IMG/VR virus record: IMGVR_UViG_3300045988_036825
Span: 1 to 37,179 of that record
Reading direction: 5' to 3' (one strand)
From: a virus
Length of the DNA: 37,179 nucleotides
Position numbers and translations under genes: made by a program. Numbering within the stretch: the first letter of the stretch is position 1; every line of letters starts with the position of its first letter. A model generated the notes under the pieces. The model saw nothing but the letters and a program-made list of their open reading frames with translations. It did not search any database and was not told the DNA's origin. Below are positions 16,511 through 24,468 of this stretch, one piece after another.

Positions 16511-17294
16511 AAAACCAAGTTGCAATAGCTGTGTTAAGTGGGGTACGATGGAGTGCCCTAACAGTTCGGAGTGCTATGCCTTACCCGATAAGCCGCACTA
16601 CACTGAGCGTCTGAAAGGAACTACGACGTTTCAAGGCGTGGAGGAGCTTATACTAAGCGAACAAACCAACTGGCGGGGAAAGGTTAAAAACGTCTTTCGT
16701 CGCTTGTGGTGGAAAATATGTAGGCGTTACAACGCCAAGCAATTAGAATTTATTTGTAACTTGCATCCGAATTATAAGGGCGGCCTAACTTCTGACCAAG
16801 CAGCGACACTTAACGCGGTGGCAGAGTACGCTAAGGCCGACCCTTTTATAGTTAAAAATCGAAAGCTAGTGTACCGCATACCACGTATCGAGGACGTGAC
16901 ACTGTGGCAGGTTATCGAGGCGAGAAGGAGCGAGACGGCAACGGAGAAGGTTACGAAGTGGTGCACGCCTATCGAGCACAAGCCCGCAGAGTATGCGCCG
17001 GATAACGTCTACCATTTGCTGTGCGCTACTAAGTACATCAAGGAACAGATCGAGACGGCGGACGGACTAGAGAAACGCCTGTTTCCTTTCGATGCCGGGA
17101 GCACGCCGGAAGATGATCCGATAAAGGAGGCGAAGAATGTGTTAACGCTTGTACAGGCTACGGCGGAATTGTTCAAATGCACGTTCGAGGAGGCGAAACG
17201 GATAAACTACCTGGATGCCATGCTAGCGCTGTCTAAGCGTCACGAGGAGATCGAGAAACAGAAAGCAGAGATGAAGAGACGTTATAACAAATAA
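16503..17294 (+). CDS. Hypothetical protein with N-terminal Cys cluster
   Basis: The ORF track starts at TTG 16497. ATG 16503 (MSKKPSCNSCVKWGTMECPNSSEC) is preferred. No family recognised. It occupies the slot where a portal gene normally sits. Confidence 0.6.
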   Translation: MSKKPSCNSCVKWGTMECPNSSECYALPDKPHYTERLKGTTTFQGVEELILSEQTNWRGKVKNVFRRLWWKICRRYNAKQLEFICNLHPNYKGGLTSDQAATLNAVAEYAKADPFIVKNRKLVYRIPRIEDVTLWQVIEARRSETATEKVTKWCTPIEHKPAEYAPDNVYHLLCATKYIKEQIETADGLEKRLFPFDAGSTPEDDPIKEAKNVLTLVQATAELFKCTFEEAKRINYLDAMLALSKRHEEIEKQKAEMKRRYNK

Positions 17295-17298
17295 CATT

Positions 17299-19662
17299 AT
17301 GGGATTAAAGAAGTATGAGATCATTACAGTAGGGAGCGACAAACGGGTACGCGCCCTTCGTTCGTGGCAGGTGGGGGACCGTTACGTAAACATCGGGGAT
17401 GTGGGCGGCATCGTGTACGACGAGAAAACATTATCACAGGACGGCGCTTGCTGGCTGTTTAAGGGCAACTTCGGTTTTCCCGGTGCACGCATCGGAGGGG
17501 ATTCAATCGTAGACGTAGGCGAAGCGGCTATTGACGCAGCCGGATCGGCTAATATAGACATTTTAGGGTCTAGCGTCGTGGTGGGTGGTAAGCTGTCTTT
17601 CGTATCAGAACAAACAGCGGCGGACGCTGTTGTGCTAACAGCGGACGACTTCGAACAAGGGTATTTTAACTTTGTATCGGGAGCTAATTGGGAAACTTGG
17701 AAAACACCGAGCATACAAAACGTCAGATTAAAATCGCCTATTTTTATGGGGGGCAAAAGCGTTACATTGAAGATAGACGTACCGGGCTACACGGTGCAAG
17801 CCTACGTTTTAGACCGCGACGGCAACGGTATGACGGCTACGGCACCAACTAATACAGGGGTGGGTGTGACGCTAGCTATCCCGGCGGGTCAGTATTTCGT
17901 GCTAATACTGGCGAAGAGTCCGGCGGCGAGCATTGTTCCGGCAGACGCAACAGCGGCGGCCCTCGCGTTTACAGGCACTTATGAAACTAAACTTTCCGTC
18001 ATTGATTCGCGTGTGGAGATCAACCCGGCGAATAACACGGGATCAACGATTATAAAACCGGGCGGCGCTTATACGATTGCGCCGGGCGCAAAATACCCTG
18101 ATACCGTTATACAGAATTCTAAGGTAGTTATAAATTCTCACGCGACAGTGGCGCGTAGGGTCCATCTGCTAACTGAACTTGTGAATGTAAGCGCCACGAT
18201 CGACACGACAACAGCAGACGCGCAGGCGGTAGGTGTTTACCACGACGTTAACAATTTGGCGTTTACGGGTCAGATAATATCTAACGGGGGCGAGGCGGCG
18301 CGCTCGCTGATTCAGGCGTACAAATGTGACAACATGGTGGTAAACCCTACGAACTTCCCCGGACTGGCAGCGATGCAGACGGCAGGCGTGCCTATCAAGT
18401 TCTACAACTGCAACCTGAACAACGGCAGGTTCTACCACCACGCACAGATTAAGAACACCTACGTGAATATCGACTTTGCGAAAGCTAGCGTAGATTTGGG
18501 TAAATCTATCGCATCCGGTGAAGTACTTGTTAGTTCAGAAGTTGAGGACATGTACCGTTTGTATTCTACAACCGGGTCATTGTTCGGCGCATTGGTAGAA
18601 GCGCACAATAGTGTCAAGTCTCTAAACATGACAGGCGGCGCAGGAACATACGGCACAACCATTTACAAGGATGCGTATTTTAACGGTCTGTTTGATTTGG
18701 CAGGTACGAACGTGTTCGGTCACAAAGTACGTAGCCATCCATTGGCACAGGTTTTGAACGTTCAGCCGCGTGCGGTACAAGGAAATTTAACACTAACGGT
18801 AGGGCAACGACCCACGCTTGTTCCTGACAGTTTAGCACGCGTTGTTATAGACAGACCGATCCGTATTAACACCGCAAACGGGATTACGGTAAGCAACATC
18901 CCCGCAGGAATTCAAGCGGCGTTTGCGTGTGTGGATGGACAAGGGAATTATGTAGTAATTAGTACGTGGAAAGAAGGCACGGCCACCGTAACAAACCTAG
19001 CACAATTAGACCTTCCAGCGGCATATCTCATGTTTAAGAAAGCCAATGATAGCCCAATCACAACGGAAGAGCTTGCAGGCGTAACCGTAACGGTGTACAA
19101 CGGTTGTAAGATCGTGAACACAGGAGGGACGGCAGTTAACATGAGGGGAAATATCCGCGTAGAAGATAACGCTACGCTCATCAATAGTAGCGTAGTTGGA
19201 TCGGGCTATTTCGGTGGAAACGCGGTTATGTCGGGAGTAACTATTAACGGTTGCGTCTACATGAGGGACAACACCTCCATGATAAAAACCGATCCATCCG
19301 GCATCATCAGAAACTTGAAGATGACTGAAAACGCGTACGCCGTAATGGGTGGTTTCCCTTTGAACGGGCGCATACATTTGTCAGGCAATTCCGTATTTAC
19401 CGCCAAATCCGCTGGACTATCCGAGGGTGACCTGATTATGGAGGATAACGCGGTTATATCCGGCGCGATAATTGTAGGCGGGATGCTCACAATGAAGGAC
19501 AACGCTAAGGTAAGCGCGGGTACATTAAGCGTATACGGAGATATAACTCTATGTGGGGGTTACGTGTCTACGATTAACAAGACGTTTATGGGTAAACGTG
19601 TGATTGACAACACAGATGCACCGGCGTACGATAACAACGTAAAAACGCAATATGACTTTTAA
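17299..19662 (+). CDS. Large tail fibre/spike-like protein with beta-helix-type repeats and two copies of a ~115-aa shared module
   Basis: The C-terminal 180 aa are irregular G/N/V-rich repeats (NMRGNIRVEDNATLINSSVVG, GNSVFTAKSAGLSEGDLIMEDNAVISGAIIVGG), typical of parallel beta-helices. Module copies lie at about 17635..17976 and 18757..19098. Confidence 0.5.
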   Translation: MGLKKYEIITVGSDKRVRALRSWQVGDRYVNIGDVGGIVYDEKTLSQDGACWLFKGNFGFPGARIGGDSIVDVGEAAIDAAGSANIDILGSSVVVGGKLSFVSEQTAADAVVLTADDFEQGYFNFVSGANWETWKTPSIQNVRLKSPIFMGGKSVTLKIDVPGYTVQAYVLDRDGNGMTATAPTNTGVGVTLAIPAGQYFVLILAKSPAASIVPADATAAALAFTGTYETKLSVIDSRVEINPANNTGSTIIKPGGAYTIAPGAKYPDTVIQNSKVVINSHATVARRVHLLTELVNVSATIDTTTADAQAVGVYHDVNNLAFTGQIISNGGEAARSLIQAYKCDNMVVNPTNFPGLAAMQTAGVPIKFYNCNLNNGRFYHHAQIKNTYVNIDFAKASVDLGKSIASGEVLVSSEVEDMYRLYSTTGSLFGALVEAHNSVKSLNMTGGAGTYGTTIYKDAYFNGLFDLAGTNVFGHKVRSHPLAQVLNVQPRAVQGNLTLTVGQRPTLVPDSLARVVIDRPIRINTANGITVSNIPAGIQAAFACVDGQGNYVVISTWKEGTATVTNLAQLDLPAAYLMFKKANDSPITTEELAGVTVTVYNGCKIVNTGGTAVNMRGNIRVEDNATLINSSVVGSGYFGGNAVMSGVTINGCVYMRDNTSMIKTDPSGIIRNLKMTENAYAVMGGFPLNGRIHLSGNSVFTAKSAGLSEGDLIMEDNAVISGAIIVGGMLTMKDNAKVSAGTLSVYGDITLCGGYVSTINKTFMGKRVIDNTDAPAYDNNVKTQYDF

Positions 19663-20050
19663 AGGGATACTAGATCAGGTTGGAACATGGGGAGCGCAAC
19701 ACGCGCTTCCCGTATTCTTCGGAGATGACGCCACACGTAATCGACTGGCAAACGATATAACAGGCGATTTTATCTTTGTTGACGTTCCGGGTGGTAGGCA
19801 GGACTACAACGACTACGCCGCCGAGGCGTTCTCAATCTCCGTGCTTATACAGGTGTTAGGGACTTCGCACTACGAAACTGACAGCTCGGCCGAGATCGAC
19901 GTACTGGATCGGACGTTTACAGTCATAACCGACATAGCGAAGAAGGCGGTTTGCCTCTATGAATCCGAGGGCGCGGCGGTGGTTAAACGCCAAAACATTT
20001 ACGACAGTCCCAAATCGGGCTGGGAGATAACACTAAATCTATCTGAATAA
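19652..20050 (+). CDS. Hypothetical virion protein (possible neck/tail-completion protein)
   Basis: 132 aa in the structural operon. Only a weak pattern resemblance to tail-completion proteins. Confidence 0.3.
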   Translation: MTFKGILDQVGTWGAQHALPVFFGDDATRNRLANDITGDFIFVDVPGGRQDYNDYAAEAFSISVLIQVLGTSHYETDSSAEIDVLDRTFTVITDIAKKAVCLYESEGAAVVKRQNIYDSPKSGWEITLNLSE

Positions 20051-20496
20051 TGGCACGTAACGCGATGTTGGAAATAGAAGTACTACTAACCAAGCTACGA
20101 GACGACATAGAAGCCTCGTACAAGGCTAAGGGGCTGATGGCTTCCGGTAACTTTGCCAAGGAGCTAAAGTTGGTTGTAGGCGGCAATAACGCCCGTATCA
20201 CAGCGCCGCGTTATGTAGGCGCAATGGAGGGCGGACGCATTGCGGGAAAACGCCCGCCGTTGTGGATCATTCGTAAATGGATCGAGGACAAGAACAAGCA
20301 AGGCGCGAATATACCATTAACCGCCGCTTATCCGATCGCGAAAGCTATCGGGGAGTTCGGGATCAAAGTGCCGAACAAGTACAACCCGGGCGGAGTGGTG
20401 TCGGACGTTCTCAACCCTGCAAGGGTGCTTAAGTTACAAAACGAGATAGTAACTATAATTAGATACGCTATTATTGACACTTTAAATATTAAATGA
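20050..20496 (+). CDS. Hypothetical virion protein (possible HK97 gp10-like head-tail adaptor)
   Basis: 148 aa. SGNFAKELKLVVGGNNARITAPRYVGAMEGGR resembles the gp10-family core. Low certainty. Confidence 0.3.
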   Translation: MARNAMLEIEVLLTKLRDDIEASYKAKGLMASGNFAKELKLVVGGNNARITAPRYVGAMEGGRIAGKRPPLWIIRKWIEDKNKQGANIPLTAAYPIAKAIGEFGIKVPNKYNPGGVVSDVLNPARVLKLQNEIVTIIRYAIIDTLNIK

Positions 20497-22724
20497 TGAA
20501 CATATATATACCGATAGCAGATGTAACACTAACCGACGGACAAACCTATGACAGGCAATTACCCGTGTGGGCTACGCGCCCTCTAATGGTGAAAGTGACA
20601 ACGGGCGCGAACGAGCCTGTGAATATTACTGTGAGGAATAGCGGAGCAAACGTTAAAACGGTAACTTTGCCATATCAGCAGTACGGGACGGACATAGACC
20701 TATCTTTTGCCGCTCCTTTGCTTAAGCGCGCGGATCGTAACAAGTCGCAGGGCACTCCGTGGTTTATGCAACAAGAGCTATTGTTTTGGGTTGACGACCC
20801 GACAGACTATATAACTATTCCTGTATTCCATTGTGATCTTACATACTGGGACACGCTAGGAGTAGATGCCGCACTTCCCCAACCGCCAAAACCGCGCATA
20901 CCGGGGCAAACGCTAGACATATTTTTCCCTTACATCATACACCCGTCTGATACGTTATACCTTCAGGTTGAACCCGTGACGGGTGCGCCTAGTAATGTTA
21001 TATTTCCCGTTACCTACGTACTGGGGGACACTATCGACATAACGTATATTAAGAAGTTGACTATTAAGAACGTATGGGGGTCTGGACTGGATCAGGTGAT
21101 TAACTATGAAGACCGTCTAATGTCCGACGTGATCTATGATGAGAGCCTGCAATGTGCATTGAGGGCTAGATGGAACATGCGGAACGGCCAATGGTTTTGG
21201 GCTGCATTTAAGGACTATTTTTGGTCTAACAAGTTCACGCCTATTAGAGGACGTGGGGGCGTAACGGAACAAGCGGAGCTAACCATTAACCTAGAGTACG
21301 GCGAAGAGTGGTACAACGTCTACCAAGAGTTGTTAGTTTCTTCAAACGTAGTGTTTGACTTGAACCTTCCCGGTATAAACCAATACCAATCGAAACGCTT
21401 TAGGGCAGAAGTTTCAGGAGACACAGGGGCACGCTGGTCCAACAGTACCAAGACGTACAGACAGCAGGTAAGATTCAAGACAACCGAGTTGCAAGACAAC
21501 TACATGCTCCCGCAACAACCGGATCAACCGCCTACACAGTCTATCGCGTTTAGCGCGCAGAAAAACCCATGGACGATCGGCGCGGCATATGCGGAAGGAC
21601 TGGTTAATAGCATATACAGTAACGTGGCATGGGAGGTGCAGAGCGAACCGAGTTGGTTTACCGTAATTAATGGCACAACGCTATTCACACCCGAAGATTT
21701 TGCACAGGGGGGTTTTTCTAATTACGCACCGTTGACACCCCCGGAGTCATGGGTAGATAACAGTCCTAATTACATAAGGCTTAAAAAACCTATAAACTCA
21801 TTAGCAGAAGTTTACAGTTTGATTAGCGTCGCCAGTGGTTATCAAGTGCAGGTTTATTATCTTAATTCCGCGGGGACGGGGGCTACTTCATCTATCTGGT
21901 TCAATACAGGTGTAGGGCGTAGAAACTTAGAAGCATATTCAGGATTTCTCATATTATTACACTTCTCTAATGGATCACCTATAACCCCTAACGAGGTCTC
22001 CAATATAAATATGCGGTGGGGAAAACGTTACTACCAATTCCCGGCGGGTACGTCTAATCTCACCGCGACAGCAGCCGCCAACACTGGCGATCCGAGAACA
22101 GGTAACATTGTGTTGAAAAGCAAGGTGGGGTCTACTACGTACTCTATACCAATCGTGCAGGCGGGCGCAACGGGCAATATATCGGTAGACACACCGACGT
22201 TTAATGTAGATTATCTAACAAACCCGGTAACTGTGAACGTTACATCATTTGGCAACTGGTCTGTATCGCAGCGTGATACGTGGATCACTCCGAATAAGTA
22301 TGCAGGGGCAAACGGGACAACAGCCGTAACATTAACGATCGGGGATAACTTACTGGATGGCGCGTCCGCTAGAACCGGAACAATAACGTTCCGCGATGAC
22401 CAAACAGGGGATACAGCAGTAGTTACAGTTAACCAGGGGAGTCTACCACGATCTATCCTTCTTAGTCCTCTTAGGATCACAGGAGATGCAGCCGGGGGAA
22501 ATGTAATGAAAGAAGTCATAGTAATAAGCCAACATATCTGGGTGATGGGGAGCGCTCCCAGCTGGGTAGCAACTAGCCCCGCAGCCGGGGCGGAGGGTCG
22601 GACGGTTATAACAATAACGTACGACACGCCGAACAATACGGGTGCAAAACGCAGCGGGTATTTGAGACTAGAGAACATGACTACGCATGAGATCGGGATT
22701 TGTATAATTGAACAGGAGGGATAA
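20493..22724 (+). CDS. Large tail/baseplate protein with three C-terminal BACON-like domains
   Basis: aa 562-649 (W..S...TWITP...G.NGTTAVTLTI..N....ARTGTITF......TAVVTVNQG) and aa 653-743 fit the BACON pattern. aa 349-557 is a BACON-like domain interrupted by an insert. Confidence 0.6.
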   Translation: MMNIYIPIADVTLTDGQTYDRQLPVWATRPLMVKVTTGANEPVNITVRNSGANVKTVTLPYQQYGTDIDLSFAAPLLKRADRNKSQGTPWFMQQELLFWVDDPTDYITIPVFHCDLTYWDTLGVDAALPQPPKPRIPGQTLDIFFPYIIHPSDTLYLQVEPVTGAPSNVIFPVTYVLGDTIDITYIKKLTIKNVWGSGLDQVINYEDRLMSDVIYDESLQCALRARWNMRNGQWFWAAFKDYFWSNKFTPIRGRGGVTEQAELTINLEYGEEWYNVYQELLVSSNVVFDLNLPGINQYQSKRFRAEVSGDTGARWSNSTKTYRQQVRFKTTELQDNYMLPQQPDQPPTQSIAFSAQKNPWTIGAAYAEGLVNSIYSNVAWEVQSEPSWFTVINGTTLFTPEDFAQGGFSNYAPLTPPESWVDNSPNYIRLKKPINSLAEVYSLISVASGYQVQVYYLNSAGTGATSSIWFNTGVGRRNLEAYSGFLILLHFSNGSPITPNEVSNINMRWGKRYYQFPAGTSNLTATAAANTGDPRTGNIVLKSKVGSTTYSIPIVQAGATGNISVDTPTFNVDYLTNPVTVNVTSFGNWSVSQRDTWITPNKYAGANGTTAVTLTIGDNLLDGASARTGTITFRDDQTGDTAVVTVNQGSLPRSILLSPLRITGDAAGGNVMKEVIVISQHIWVMGSAPSWVATSPAAGAEGRTVITITYDTPNNTGAKRSGYLRLENMTTHEIGICIIEQEG

Positions 22725-22725
22725 A

Positions 22726-24462
22726 ATGAAAATAGTATCTTTAAGAGTTAACGGTTACGACATAGACGGACTAGATAACGCTTCGGTCAAAATCACATTA
22801 AACAACGTATCCCCAATCACCATGACAGGGGATAGCGTTGCTTTCAGCGCTACGGTAAAAGTTCCTAGAACGCCGGACAATGACCGGACGTTTACAGGGC
22901 TAAACAAAGGTTTGCTTAACTGTGGGTATTACGTAGCCGAGGTGCTAATAGCGTCTATTCCGTTCAAGTATTACGCTTATGTGTCTGACGAGCCTACGCA
23001 GTTCTACGCAAAGGTATCAGCGTCTCAAACAGAGTATACTATTAACTTGATTGAAAGTACTAGTAAGTGGTCAGACGTTAGTTTACCAATATCTGCGCCG
23101 CCCGTTTACGGGGCGGTACAGGGTGGAGAGGCAGCCATCAGCGCGGCCGACCTTTCCGAACTAGTAAGCCGCTACGTCACGTTCCCGCAAGGCGTGCTCC
23201 CGGCGATACACCCGGAGACGAACGACGGAACGCCCGTGCCGGACGCGCTATCGCAACAGGCCTCTATCATAGTGAAACGGCGTGATCTCACATGGCAAGG
23301 AGACGTAGCAACAGGATCGACAAAGCTAGTGCCACAGAACTACACGAAGGGACGCGGAGGGTACATATATCCCAAAAAAGCTACTATTGTGATGGATAAC
23401 GCTAGTATATATGCGAACGCAAGTTTCTTTGGGGCTAGACCGGGCGGTTCACCCGCGGGGTTCTTTATTGCATCCGGGGAGGGACAGGCGTTCTACCTGA
23501 TTGTAGAGTACGTGGGCGCGTCTATTCCGAGCACTAAGCCGAGAACGATCCAATTACAGGGCAACATATCAGCTATCGGGCGCTCTGTTTCATTCTACGG
23601 GACGTTGACGGATCGCATTTGGATTTACCGCTCGGTTGTCAATCAACAAATGACAGTGTACCCCAAACAGGATTCGCACATACAGTTAGTCGCTACTATT
23701 GGAGGAGTGACCCGTAACGACTACTTTAAGTTTCCTGACGGTTACGCGCCGGAAGAGGTGATTAAGTGTGGAGAGGGTAAAATAATCTATGATGCAGCAA
23801 TTGCACCCGAGTTTCAAACTGCTTACTCTCAACCCGCGGATTTTCCGTACACGGACGTGAAAAAATTAGTAGATGATATGTGCACGGCCTGGCATTGGAG
23901 GAAAATTTACCGCAACGGCGTGTTACATATAGAGCCAATAGTGGATGCTGATCTACGGGACGGTACATCGACGGCATGGGCACATATACACGATTGGAGT
24001 GACAAATTACGTAGCGTTGAAACCGTAGACGTTCCAGACGAGTTCGCAGACCAGTACGTGTGCACCCTGGGCGATACGCAATTCAGTTACAGCAACGGTG
24101 CAGGCACTGTTACGCCAGTTAAAGAGGCATACAAGTCCGGCGTTAAATACACGGATGATCGGGTGGCGTTTCCGAAGATGGGACTTACCAGTATATTCAC
24201 CGCGCCATCACCTAGCCCGTACCTCGTCTACATAAACACCTTATATTATCCGTATATAAACCGACATTTCAAGATGTTTAGATCACGGATACAGGTGAAG
24301 ATCAAAGCACAATTAGAATATGCGGACGTAGAAAACCTTCGGTTAGGGGATGCGTATTACTTTTCACAGCTGAATAGCTGTTTCTACATCAAATCTTTAG
24401 GCGAATATGACGTAGCAACTGGGAATTGTAAGCTATCTTTGTACAAAATGGATTTAAAGTAA
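22726..24462 (+). CDS. Tail/baseplate structural protein (possibly distal-tail-like)
   Basis: The ORF track starts at TTG 22708. ATG 22726 (MKIVSLRVNGYDIDG) follows GGAGGG and lies 1 nt after the upstream stop. Sits directly upstream of the tape-measure-like gene. Confidence 0.4.
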   Translation: MKIVSLRVNGYDIDGLDNASVKITLNNVSPITMTGDSVAFSATVKVPRTPDNDRTFTGLNKGLLNCGYYVAEVLIASIPFKYYAYVSDEPTQFYAKVSASQTEYTINLIESTSKWSDVSLPISAPPVYGAVQGGEAAISAADLSELVSRYVTFPQGVLPAIHPETNDGTPVPDALSQQASIIVKRRDLTWQGDVATGSTKLVPQNYTKGRGGYIYPKKATIVMDNASIYANASFFGARPGGSPAGFFIASGEGQAFYLIVEYVGASIPSTKPRTIQLQGNISAIGRSVSFYGTLTDRIWIYRSVVNQQMTVYPKQDSHIQLVATIGGVTRNDYFKFPDGYAPEEVIKCGEGKIIYDAAIAPEFQTAYSQPADFPYTDVKKLVDDMCTAWHWRKIYRNGVLHIEPIVDADLRDGTSTAWAHIHDWSDKLRSVETVDVPDEFADQYVCTLGDTQFSYSNGAGTVTPVKEAYKSGVKYTDDRVAFPKMGLTSIFTAPSPSPYLVYINTLYYPYINRHFKMFRSRIQVKIKAQLEYADVENLRLGDAYYFSQLNSCFYIKSLGEYDVATGNCKLSLYKMDLK

Positions 24463-24468
24463 ATTAAT

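Noticed and set aside
17635-22028. Diversity-generating retroelement acting on the repeated module in the tail proteins
   Set aside because: The similarity is visible only at the protein level. I see no near-identical nucleotide template/variable repeat pair and no reverse transcriptase gene anywhere in the genome.
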